Below the pieces are notes generated by a model. That model was not told the origin of the DNA. It made no database searches and worked only from the letters and a program-made list of their open reading frames with translations. A stretch of 52,387 nucleotides of DNA, taken from assembly GCA_011176635.1 (NCBI GenBank), contig DUEC01000014.1:1-52387 (forward strand), in the 5' to 3' direction. The position numbers and the translations under genes were made by a program. Positions 26,750 through 35,462 of the stretch are shown piece after piece (position 1 is the first letter of the stretch; each line of letters begins with the position of its first letter). Origin of the DNA: Dehalococcoidia bacterium. Its GTDB lineage: Bacteria > Chloroflexota > Dehalococcoidia > Dehalococcoidales > BS750m-G39.

Positions 26750-27607
26750 ATGAGCTTTACTCAAGAAGTAAAGAAATTTGCCGCTGAAGAACTGGATATG
26801 GACTATACCGGCATAGCCAGCGTGGACAGGCTCTCGGGAGCCCCTGAAGGCCACCGGCCCACCGACCTCCTTCCCGGTGCCAGAGCCGTAATCGCGATGG
26901 CGGTCCGACTATCACAAGGGGCGGTACAGACAATTTTTAGGGCCTATGAGGATGGATTAAGGCATGCCCAGTGCATCTACGGGACACACGGCTATGCCCT
27001 CACCCCAAACCTCCATTTGAAGTTTGCCGCCTATAGAATGGCCAGATTTCTGGAGAAGAAAGGCCATATAACGACACCATTACCATCCGGGCCTGGCGCT
27101 GGCGGCGCTCCTTTTAGCCACCGACATGCCGCCGTAGCCGCCGGACTTGGTGAGTTCGGCTGGTTGGGCATCATCATAACACCTGATTGCGGACCGAGGC
27201 TCAGGCTGGTCAGCGTCATAACCAGGGCTGAGCTTGAGCCCGACCCCCTCTACCAGGGGCCGAGGCTATGCGACCCGACCAAGTGCGACATATGCGTAAA
27301 AATCTGCCCGACAAATGCCATAAGTGAAAAGGAGTCAAAAAGCGTGGTCATGGCTGGCCGAACCTTTGAATACGGGAAAGTGGATTTCGCCAAATGCCGT
27401 GTCGGTTCGGAGGGCCTCCTTAAAAAGAGCCTCGGTTTCAAGGATTTACCCATCCCGGAGAATCCTACCTGGGAAGATGTCGATAAGGCCCGCCAGAGCA
27501 TAGACCCCAGGCAGTTGCAGGAGGCTATCCTACCCGCCGACCGAGCCACATGGTACTGCGGCAAATGCCTGGCCTATTGCCCTGTCGGGCAAAAAATAGC
27601 CGAATAA
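26750..27607 (+). CDS. QueG/RdhA-related 2x[4Fe-4S] protein without an obvious corrinoid domain
   Basis: The N-terminus resembles epoxyqueuosine-reductase-like proteins. Cluster motifs CDICVKICPTNAI and CGKCLAYCPVG. Confidence 0.55.
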   Translation: MSFTQEVKKFAAEELDMDYTGIASVDRLSGAPEGHRPTDLLPGARAVIAMAVRLSQGAVQTIFRAYEDGLRHAQCIYGTHGYALTPNLHLKFAAYRMARFLEKKGHITTPLPSGPGAGGAPFSHRHAAVAAGLGEFGWLGIIITPDCGPRLRLVSVITRAELEPDPLYQGPRLCDPTKCDICVKICPTNAISEKESKSVVMAGRTFEYGKVDFAKCRVGSEGLLKKSLGFKDLPIPENPTWEDVDKARQSIDPRQLQEAILPADRATWYCGKCLAYCPVGQKIAE

Positions 27608-27617
27608 AGGAGGAAAA

Positions 27618-29087
27618 ATGAAGACAGGAAAGGCTGAGAACAGCAATTACGATGTCGCTATCATTGGTGGTGGGGCTTCCGGGTTGGCCGCCGCCCTGAC
27701 TGCGGCCGAAGGGGGCGCCAGAGTCGTCCTTCTGGAGAAGAGGAACCACATGGGAGGAAGCTCTAATTTCGCTGAAGGGCTGTTCGCCGTGGAGAGCGAA
27801 ATGCAGCGCCCGATGTACATGAACTACTCCCGCGCCCAGGCCTTCAGGAACGTGATGGAGTATAACCACTGGAAGGCCAACGCGCGCCTGGTTCGGGCCT
27901 TTATCGACGAATCGGCGGCCACTATCAGCTGGTTGCTGAACCGCGGGGTCGAATTTACCGAGGCGATAACCAATATACCGGACGGTTGGCGGACACTGCA
28001 TTGCCTGAAAGGGCCCTTCGGGGCGATGGGGTCGCCCATGATAAAGACCCTGACCCGCCGGGCCAGAGAAAAAGGCGTTGATATCAGGCTGGCAACGCCG
28101 GCTAAAAAGATTCTAAGAAAAGGAGACAATATCAACGGCGTCATCGCCGAAAGAGAGGGCGAACCGGAGCCAATCGAGGCCAAAACGGTTGTTATCGCCA
28201 GCGGTGGTTATGCCAACAACAAGGAGTGGATTAAGAAGTATACCGGTTATGACCTGGGGGTCAACGCCATTCCAATCCGCAACTATGATAAGGTCGGGGA
28301 CGGCATCCGCCTGGGTTGGGAAGTCGGCGCCGCCGAAGAAGGCATGGGCGTTCTGCATTTCTTCCGCGTCGGCCCCATGGGGCCGGGAGTCCGCATGCTG
28401 TGCCACGTCGAGTGCGCCTGCCTCCAGCCCTTCCTCTGGGTCAACCAGCAGGGAGAGCGTTTCTGCGATGAGTCCATCGCCTTTAACGATACCTTCGAGG
28501 GTAATGCCAGCGCCCGCTTAAAAGAGGGCTACAGCTACACCATATTCGACGATGCCACCAAGGAGCTCATGGTAGAACACGGCATTGAAAAGAGCGTCTC
28601 CAACAAGAACCTGACTGGCACCCGGCTTACCAACTTTGATAGAGACCTGAAGAAGGCCTTGGACAAAAAGAACACTGAGATAGCCGTTGCCGGCACTATA
28701 GAAGAGCTGGCCCGGAAAATAAAGGTGGAGCCTTCCGTACTCAAGGCAACCGTTGACGAGTATAACCGCTTCTGTGACACCGGCTGCGATGAGGTCTTTG
28801 CCAAGGAGCCGAAGTACCTCCTGCCGGTGAAGAAGCCGAAATTCTACGCCATGAAGGGCCATACCGTTTTCCTGGGAACCTTGGGCGGCATCAAGATTAA
28901 CCACCGCATGGAGGTAGTTGACGAGAAGGAAAAAGCTATCCCCGGCCTCTACACCGTGGGCACGGATGCCGGCGGGCTCTACGGGGACAGTTACTGCTTC
29001 CTGCCGGCTTCGGGGACGACGCTCGGCTTTGCCGTCAATTCGGGGCGGATTGCCGGTAGAAATGCCTTAAGGTACATCGGAAAGTAG
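27618..29087 (+). CDS. FAD-dependent oxidoreductase (FAD_binding_2; soluble fumarate reductase / KstD-like)
   Basis: YDVAIIGGGASGLAAALTAAEGGARVVLLEK, and C-terminal GLYTVGTDAGG. Confidence 0.8.
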   Translation: MKTGKAENSNYDVAIIGGGASGLAAALTAAEGGARVVLLEKRNHMGGSSNFAEGLFAVESEMQRPMYMNYSRAQAFRNVMEYNHWKANARLVRAFIDESAATISWLLNRGVEFTEAITNIPDGWRTLHCLKGPFGAMGSPMIKTLTRRAREKGVDIRLATPAKKILRKGDNINGVIAEREGEPEPIEAKTVVIASGGYANNKEWIKKYTGYDLGVNAIPIRNYDKVGDGIRLGWEVGAAEEGMGVLHFFRVGPMGPGVRMLCHVECACLQPFLWVNQQGERFCDESIAFNDTFEGNASARLKEGYSYTIFDDATKELMVEHGIEKSVSNKNLTGTRLTNFDRDLKKALDKKNTEIAVAGTIEELARKIKVEPSVLKATVDEYNRFCDTGCDEVFAKEPKYLLPVKKPKFYAMKGHTVFLGTLGGIKINHRMEVVDEKEKAIPGLYTVGTDAGGLYGDSYCFLPASGTTLGFAVNSGRIAGRNALRYIGK

Positions 29088-29101
29088 CTGGATAGTTCGC
29101 C

Positions 29102-30484
29102 CTATCCCAGCAGCCGGATGATTTCGGTGGCATCATCCAGTTTCTCAAGCCGCCCGATAAGCTCTATAACCATAGCCACCTCATTATCGGCCAGCGGCTT
29201 GATAGAGCCGGCGGCGCACTGGCGGAACTTGGCCGCACAATCGGCGAAGGTCATCGGCCTTTCAACACTGCCCAGGCAGTGCTCCACTTCCTCAGTGTAC
29301 TCCGTGCCGTCTGCCATGACTATCTTTACCCGTCCCGGACCGACCCCATGGCGGCTCATCGCCTTGTCCAGTACGCCGGTTACCTTGCCGGAGATTCTTA
29401 AGACATCCTCTCTTCTGATGGCTTCCTCGGTGAAGTCTTCCCCGCCGACCCTGCCTTTAACGATGGCGGTAGCTATCGCCCAGGGTAGACTGAACTGGGC
29501 ATCGACGATATTCCTGGGAATGCGCTTTACCTCCGGGGGCACCACGCATATTTCGTAGACTGACTCGCCGCCGTAGGCGGTAATGCTTTTTACCTGGTCA
29601 GCCTTGATATCGTGTTTTGACTTTAGCAGGAGCACGGCATCAATAAAGGGATGGCTAAACCCGCAGCAGGGATAGGGCTTATCGCCTATGTTGACTCCCT
29701 CAAACCTCTTGCCCAGGTCTGCGGTCAGGACTTTAGCGTCATAATCTCCTCCGTGGTACTGGTAAAACATGCCGTATTCACCCTCCAGGATGTTCCTGGC
29801 ACCGGTAATCCCCCTCTCAGCCATGAGGGCAGCGGTAATGCCTCCCTTCGCCGCCAGTCCCGGCCCCATCCTCTTGGTTAGAGCGCCGTCATTAACACAT
29901 TGAGAATTACCGGCACACTGGTGATAGGCAATGCCTATGGCGTTAACCATTCTTTCCTGGTCAAGCCCCATTATCCTTCCCGCCATAGCGGCGGCGCCCA
30001 GGTAGCCGTAAAGGGCGGTGGGGTGCCAGCCGGATTTCACCAGGTTAGACCCCGGGCGGCTGGCCAGTCCCAGCCTGGCCAGGAAATCGGCTCCCAGCGC
30101 CAGAGCCGTGATGAACTCCTGGCCGCTTATCCCTCCCATCCGCTCGGCCACGGCAAAACAGGTGGGCACGGCCACACAGCCGATGTGCACCTGGGCCACC
30201 GGGTGACCGTCATCATAGTCCAGGGCGTGTGTCATGGTAGCGTTGACCTGGGCGGCATTCGGGGCCGGGCACCTGAGCCCATAGGCGATGATGGTGCTCT
30301 GCTCATTACCTCCCCACTCCTTAGCCATAGCCACCAGCTCACCAACGCCCGCCTGTGACGAACCGCCCAGGGAAGCAGCCAGGCTATCCAGGACTTCCTT
30401 CTTAGCCGCCTCTACGGCCGGGCCGGGGATATCCTCATACCTGGTTCGGGTAAAGTTTTTCACGAAGTCAAATATCGCATCCAT
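29102..30484 (-). CDS. MmgE/PrpD-family protein (2-methylcitrate dehydratase-like)
   Basis: The N-terminus FVKNFTRTRYEDIPGPAVEAAKKEVLDSLAASLGG is typical of the family. 460 aa. Confidence 0.8.
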   Translation of the reverse strand: MDAIFDFVKNFTRTRYEDIPGPAVEAAKKEVLDSLAASLGGSSQAGVGELVAMAKEWGGNEQSTIIAYGLRCPAPNAAQVNATMTHALDYDDGHPVAQVHIGCVAVPTCFAVAERMGGISGQEFITALALGADFLARLGLASRPGSNLVKSGWHPTALYGYLGAAAMAGRIMGLDQERMVNAIGIAYHQCAGNSQCVNDGALTKRMGPGLAAKGGITAALMAERGITGARNILEGEYGMFYQYHGGDYDAKVLTADLGKRFEGVNIGDKPYPCCGFSHPFIDAVLLLKSKHDIKADQVKSITAYGGESVYEICVVPPEVKRIPRNIVDAQFSLPWAIATAIVKGRVGGEDFTEEAIRREDVLRISGKVTGVLDKAMSRHGVGPGRVKIVMADGTEYTEEVEHCLGSVERPMTFADCAAKFRQCAAGSIKPLADNEVAMVIELIGRLEKLDDATEIIRLLG

Positions 30485-30508
30485 AAAACTACCCTTGATA
30501 GAGTTACT

Positions 30509-31345
30509 TTAGGTAAGACCGCCGCTGATGCCGATGGCTTCTCCGGTGATATAGGTGGACATGTCAGAAACCAGGAAATAGGCCAGGTCGGCGACTTCGT
30601 CAGTGGTACCGAGCCGACCCAGCGGTATGAGAGCGCCCATCTTCTGGTAGTCCTTTTCCCTAGCCTCATCCCAGGTGATGCCCTCCGCCTTGCTCATTTT
30701 AGCAAAGGCTTCGTCCCTCAGGTTAGTGATGACGGCGCCGGGATTAATGGCGTTGACGTTTATCTTATGCGGCCCCAACTCCAGAGCCAGCGTTTTTACC
30801 AGGCTGATGACTCCGTACTTAGAGACACTATAAGCAACGCTCCCGGCGACGCCGTGCGTCCCCGCCATTGAGGCTATAAGCACAATCCGGCCGCCTTCGC
30901 CGCGGGCAATCATGCTTTTAGCCACCGCTTTTGAAATGAGAAAGGAGCCGGTGGTATTGACATCAAGAATATCCCGCCAGTCTTTCTCAGAAAGCTCGAC
31001 GGCCGGCTTTCCCACCGGGCCGCGAATGGCGGCGCAATGCACCAGGATATCAATCCTGCCGAATTTTCCCAGCGTTTTGTTTACCATTTCATCGACGTTT
31101 TTACTATTGCTTATATCCAGCACCAGGGCCATGGCTTGCCTGCCCAGGGCTTCTATTTCGGCGACCTCGGCCTCAAGACCACCCCACTCCTCGTCACCGG
31201 GGAAAAGGCTCTGGGGGGCTGGATACTTATCGGTAATGACCAGGTCAGCCCCTTCCCTGGCCAGGCGCAGGGCGATGGCATGCCCCATGCCTCTCTTGCT
31301 GGCAGTGCCGGTAACTATGGCCACCTTACCCTCAAGGCTACTCAT
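30509..31345 (-). CDS. Short-chain dehydrogenase/reductase (SDR)
   Basis: TGTASKRGMG and YSVSK (YxxxK). Confidence 0.85.
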   Translation of the reverse strand: MSSLEGKVAIVTGTASKRGMGHAIALRLAREGADLVITDKYPAPQSLFPGDEEWGGLEAEVAEIEALGRQAMALVLDISNSKNVDEMVNKTLGKFGRIDILVHCAAIRGPVGKPAVELSEKDWRDILDVNTTGSFLISKAVAKSMIARGEGGRIVLIASMAGTHGVAGSVAYSVSKYGVISLVKTLALELGPHKINVNAINPGAVITNLRDEAFAKMSKAEGITWDEAREKDYQKMGALIPLGRLGTTDEVADLAYFLVSDMSTYITGEAIGISGGLT

Positions 31346-31387
31346 TAATGATGTTACCTCCTTTCACCGATATGCTTAAGTCTGTTA

Positions 31388-33232
31388 TTAGCCGAGTTCT
31401 TGAGCAACATCCTCCAGCCCAAGTTCTTTTAGTTTCTTATTGCTGGGTCTGGCTGTTTTCTGGTCCCAATCCATGGCGGCCAGGTATTCCCTGACCAGGG
31501 TATCTTCGTCGACGGTAACCCCGGCCAGGGGTCCCGCTTTTAGCGGCGGCTTGCCCACTAACCGACCTGAGATCTGGTAGGGCAGGGGACTAATCCCTTC
31601 GCGAATGTTAAAGGCCTGCCGGATATTGCCGATTCTCTCCCCGGTTAATACCAGCTCGTCGGTGGTTACGTCCCAGCCGGTAACGGCCCTCATAAACTCG
31701 ATGACGGCATCAACATTAGGCAGGGCGTTGTAGACAAAGAGACAGAACCCGGAAGCCATCAAGAAGTGCTGGAAGTTGCTGCCTTTTCTATATACTTGCC
31801 CCCGGCCGCTGAATGACTGCTTGTTGAATTTGGGTAATAGTCCATCAATATGATGCTCCTCAGAGCCTTGAGTATGGCGGGCGGGGGTGGCGTTGGTGAT
31901 ATAGGTGGTGGCTAAAGCAAAACCGGCGATGGGGTTGTGGGCGGGAATCTCCTGCCCCCGAACATGTATGGCATACTGGTCGGCGCCCTTGCCGATTTTC
32001 TGGGCGGCTGACTTCACTCCGTCAGCTAATATGTCGCCGAAACCTTCTCTCCTGGCCATTTTTTCGGTCATGGCCACTATGGCTTTATGGTTTCCCCAGG
32101 TCATTTCAATGCCATCGGTGTCCTTTTTATTGATGAGCCCTTTCTCATAGCATTCCATGGCGAAGGCAATGATGGCTCCGGCAGAGATGGTATCAACCCC
32201 GTAGCGGTTACAGATATCGTTTACCTTAATTATTGATTCAACATTGTCGTTGAGACAATCGCTGCCAAACATAGCCGATGTCTCGTACTCAGGTCTATGA
32301 CAGCCTGCCTGATATTTATATTCTCCCGTCCCTTCCTTCATAATTGCTTCACAGCCGATAGGACATAGATAGCAGCTAGCCCTCTTCAACCAGTGGCCTC
32401 TCACGGCCTCGGCGCCGATGGGTTTGGCATCGGGAAAATCAACCACGGCTACCCCTCCCCAGTTTTTTACCGGCGAATCCCCGCTCTCTATGGAGGAAAC
32501 AGTAACGAAGGTCGTCCCGAACTTCTTCAGCTGGTCAAGAGGCCCCTGCAGTTCACCGAGGTACTTTTTTCTTAATTGCTTAGTTCTTTCTTCATCGGCA
32601 ACCGGCACTTTCATCTTGCCTCTTACCGCCACTGCTTTGAGCTTCTTGGCCCCCATCACGGCGCCTAAACCCGAGCGGGCCGCAGCATGACCGTGGTCGT
32701 GGATAATGCTAGCGACGCGGGATAGTTTTTCTCCCGACTGGCCGATGCAGGCCACGGCTGCATCCTTGCCCAATTCAGATTTTAGCGTGTCTTCGGTCTG
32801 GTAGGTATCCTTACCCCATAGCTGCGCGGCATCCCTGAGCTCAGGCCTGCCGTTATCAATAAAGAGGTAAACCGGCTTTTCTGATATGCCGGTGAAGAAC
32901 AGGCCGTCATAGCCGGCGAATTTCAGGTAAGCGCCGAAATAACCGCCTGAATTAGCGTCACCCCAGCACCCGGTCAACGGCGATTTCCCGACCACGGTGA
33001 ATCTTGTACCGGAAATGGCCTGGGTGCCGGTAAAGGGACCGGTCAGAATACCCAGGATATTATCCGGCCCCAGGGGTTCGACGCCAGCCTTCTGCTCACT
33101 GAAGATAGTCCTGGCGCCAATGCCATAACCGCCGATGAACTGACGTCCCAGTTTTTCATCGAGCGGCTCGTCCTTGAGCTCATTTTTGGATAAATCCACT
33201 CTAAGTATCTTGCCCATGTAACCGCAAGCCAT
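31388..33232 (-). CDS. aor: Aldehyde:ferredoxin oxidoreductase (AOR family), copy 2
   Basis: Paralog of 13920-15728 (SPLTGCWGDANSGG, CYLCPIGC). ATG 33232 lies 7 nt after GGGAGG; the track start at 33265 is unlikely. Confidence 0.85.
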   Translation of the reverse strand: MACGYMGKILRVDLSKNELKDEPLDEKLGRQFIGGYGIGARTIFSEQKAGVEPLGPDNILGILTGPFTGTQAISGTRFTVVGKSPLTGCWGDANSGGYFGAYLKFAGYDGLFFTGISEKPVYLFIDNGRPELRDAAQLWGKDTYQTEDTLKSELGKDAAVACIGQSGEKLSRVASIIHDHGHAAARSGLGAVMGAKKLKAVAVRGKMKVPVADEERTKQLRKKYLGELQGPLDQLKKFGTTFVTVSSIESGDSPVKNWGGVAVVDFPDAKPIGAEAVRGHWLKRASCYLCPIGCEAIMKEGTGEYKYQAGCHRPEYETSAMFGSDCLNDNVESIIKVNDICNRYGVDTISAGAIIAFAMECYEKGLINKKDTDGIEMTWGNHKAIVAMTEKMARREGFGDILADGVKSAAQKIGKGADQYAIHVRGQEIPAHNPIAGFALATTYITNATPARHTQGSEEHHIDGLLPKFNKQSFSGRGQVYRKGSNFQHFLMASGFCLFVYNALPNVDAVIEFMRAVTGWDVTTDELVLTGERIGNIRQAFNIREGISPLPYQISGRLVGKPPLKAGPLAGVTVDEDTLVREYLAAMDWDQKTARPSNKKLKELGLEDVAQELG

Positions 33233-33261
33233 AGCTTTTCCTCCCTGTATATTTGATGGTG

Positions 33262-34215
33262 TCAAGAGGCGAGGAGATGCCGATAACTTTCAGGGTGTTT
33301 TTCCAGGTACTCAGCCAGCGACTGCGCCAGGTGTCCGGCAAGCTTGGGTACGGTGTCGCTGACGGTGTCCAGTTCGCCGGTGGCTATCTGCAGGAAGTGG
33401 CTAACCCAGACCTCGACACCATAGTCATCCAGCCCGCTACCCGTCAACCTTATTTGCTCAGCCTCGAACTTGTCCAGGCCACTCGTCGTATGCGTAGTCC
33501 TTGCCTGGTGGGGAGTCTGCGCTTGGTAGGTTATCTTCCGGCCGGTGGCGTAAGACAACCGCTCGGCGGTCTCTACCATGGTAAGTGCCTCCGGGCCGGT
33601 GACATCGTAGGTGCACCCTTCGTGTCCACTCCCCGTCATAACGGCCACAGCTACATCGGCAAGGTCATCACGAGTCAGCCAGCAGGCGCGCCCTTCGCCG
33701 GCGGGCGCCCGTATAACTCCGCCGTCTGAGACATGTAGCGGCACATTTTCGGTATAAAGGCTCATCCGCAGAAAGGTGAATGGCATACCAAGGGCGCGTA
33801 TGTGCTCCTCGGTATGGAAGTGGTCACGGGCCAGGACGAATGTTGAGTCCGCCGCCGCGTTTAGAAACGACAGGTAAATAATATGCCGGACGCCTGCCGC
33901 CGCGGCAGCATCAACCGCCGTTACCTGCTGCGTGGTGCGGTCGTAGGTCGGGTTCGGAGCTTTCTCGGCGGCGCTACGCTGAACGGCCCCCATACGGTCC
34001 TGTGCCGAAACCAGGAACAGCGTGTCCACACCAGATAAAGCCCTGCCCATGGCCACCGCATCGCCATATGAGGAAGCCGGCACGACCTCGGCATCGGGCA
34101 GGTCCGGTGCGCGTGCCGGGTCGCGGACGATAAGCCGTTGTTTCCGTCCCAGCTCTGCCAGACGGGCGGCAACCCTGCCCCCGACTTGACCAGTAGCCCC
34201 GGTAACCGCTAACAT
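33262..34215 (-). CDS. NmrA-like / atypical SDR NAD(P)-binding protein
   Basis: VTGATGQVGGRV Rossmann motif. 317 aa. Confidence 0.7.
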   Translation of the reverse strand: MLAVTGATGQVGGRVAARLAELGRKQRLIVRDPARAPDLPDAEVVPASSYGDAVAMGRALSGVDTLFLVSAQDRMGAVQRSAAEKAPNPTYDRTTQQVTAVDAAAAAGVRHIIYLSFLNAAADSTFVLARDHFHTEEHIRALGMPFTFLRMSLYTENVPLHVSDGGVIRAPAGEGRACWLTRDDLADVAVAVMTGSGHEGCTYDVTGPEALTMVETAERLSYATGRKITYQAQTPHQARTTHTTSGLDKFEAEQIRLTGSGLDDYGVEVWVSHFLQIATGELDTVSDTVPKLAGHLAQSLAEYLEKHPESYRHLLAS

Positions 34216-34299
34216 AGTCTACACCCCTTTGCAGTGAGATAGTATAACATATAAATTGACCAAACCGATAGAGAGAAAATACCCTTTAGGAGGCAGAAG

Positions 34300-35094
34300 G
34301 TGTTACTTGAGAATAGAGTCGCCATTATTACCGGTGGTGCCATGGGAATCGGTAGAGGCATCGCCCTCAAATTCGCCGCCGAGGGTTGCTCGGTGGTTAT
34401 CGCCGATGTTGCCGCGGCCGAAGGGAAGAAAACAGCCGAGGAGGTCTCCCAAAAAGGCGGTGAGGGGATTTTCCTCCCCTGTGACGTCACCGCCAGCCGC
34501 CAGGTAAAGGATATGGTGGGCAAGGCTATCAGCAAATTTAGGAAAATTGATATCCTGGTCAATAATGCCGGAGGAGTCCCCGACCCAAAGGGCTCTCTTG
34601 ATGAGGTGAGTGAAGAGCAGTGGGATAAGTCCTTAAACCTGAATCTAAAGAGCGTCTTTTTATGCTGCCAGGCGGTTGTGCCCCACATGAAAAAGAATAA
34701 ATACGGCAAGATTATAAACGTCTCTTCTTTAGGAGCGGTCCACCCGGCCGTTTCCGTTGTCCATTATCACGCGGCTAAGGCCGGGGTCCTGGGGTTAACC
34801 TATAACCTGGCCTTTGAATTGGCCCCTTTCAATATCACGGTGAATGTTATTCTACCGGGGCCCATCCGCACCCCATTCTGGGAGCCCGTAACCAAAGACG
34901 TCCCGGATAAAGATGCCTATTTTGCCGAGATAGCCAAAAAAGAGGTACCCATGCAGAGAGTAGGTACGCCGGAGGATATCGCCGGAGCCGCCTTATTCCT
35001 GGCATCAGAGCTTTCAGCATTTGTTAGCGGTGAAACCATAAATGTTGCCGGCGGACTACCCCAGTTGCCACACGATGCTACCATTGGTGGTTAG
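34300..35094 (+). CDS. Short-chain dehydrogenase/reductase (SDR), GTG start
   Basis: ITGGAMGIGRG, NNAG, YHAAK. Confidence 0.85.
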   Translation: MLLENRVAIITGGAMGIGRGIALKFAAEGCSVVIADVAAAEGKKTAEEVSQKGGEGIFLPCDVTASRQVKDMVGKAISKFRKIDILVNNAGGVPDPKGSLDEVSEEQWDKSLNLNLKSVFLCCQAVVPHMKKNKYGKIINVSSLGAVHPAVSVVHYHAAKAGVLGLTYNLAFELAPFNITVNVILPGPIRTPFWEPVTKDVPDKDAYFAEIAKKEVPMQRVGTPEDIAGAALFLASELSAFVSGETINVAGGLPQLPHDATIGG

Positions 35095-35287
35095 GGATGC
35101 CGAGTCAGCAAATTTGGTGGGGCTTGTATCCTCTACCCTTTTTCGTAAATACGAGTTTACGGTAGGGTCTATTTAATGTTGAGAGAGGTCAAGGTAACTG
35201 GCAACGAAGCAGTCCTGAGTTACTCAATACCTCTCCTACCTGAGAAGATAGCTATTGAAAAAGAGGGAGTTCTACCTACCGTACAGT

Positions 35288-35306
35288 ATGGTGGGCGGTA
35301 CTGGAC
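35288..35306. repeat. 19-bp direct repeat, tRNA-proximal copy (att-like)
   Basis: Identical to 13777-13795. It covers CCA, the discriminator base, the 3' acceptor strand and part of the T-stem of tRNA-Val, plus 1 nt beyond. Confidence 0.7.
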
Positions 35307-35364
35307 TTGAACCAGTGACCTCTTGCGTGTGAAGCAAGCGCTCTAACCACTGAGCTAACCGCCC
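35289..35364 (-). tRNA. tRNA-Val (anticodon CAC), CCA encoded
   Basis: Minus strand reads GGGCGGTTAGCTCAGTGGTTAGAGCGCTTGCTTCACACGCAAGAGGTCACTGGTTCAAGTCCAGTACCGCCCACCA. It has a 7-bp acceptor stem, anticodon loop TTCACAC and T-loop TTCAAGT. Confidence 0.9.
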
Positions 35365-35427
35365 CAAATCAGCACTATTTTAGCCTCAAAAGACAACTTT
35401 GTAAAGATAAACCCCCAATTTTGGTGA

Positions 35428-35456
35428 TTGACACGGCTTACACGTAAGCCTATTAT
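35428..35456 (+). promoter_or_regulatory. Near-consensus promoter (TTGACA-17-TATTAT) only 6 nt upstream of the ATG; likely leaderless transcript
   Basis: -35 at 35428-35433 and -10 at 35451-35456, with the ATG at 35463. The spacer contains the palindrome GGCTTAC-AC-GTAAGCC. There is no SD. Confidence 0.5.
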
Positions 35457-35462
35457 TAAATA

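Larger units (their letters stand above)
13796..35287. mobile_element. Putative tRNA-Val-integrated genomic island (~21.5 kb, catabolic cargo, no intact integrase visible)
   Basis: It is bounded by the 19-bp direct repeat, one copy of which is the functional 3' end of tRNA-Val. The cargo is a self-contained metabolic gene set. Confidence 0.5.

Noticed and set aside
33262-34215. NmrA-like gene as a separately acquired high-GC insert
   Set aside because: A hand count of 33901-33960 gives 41/60 G+C, the same as the sampled AOR line. There is no compositional contrast to support the idea.
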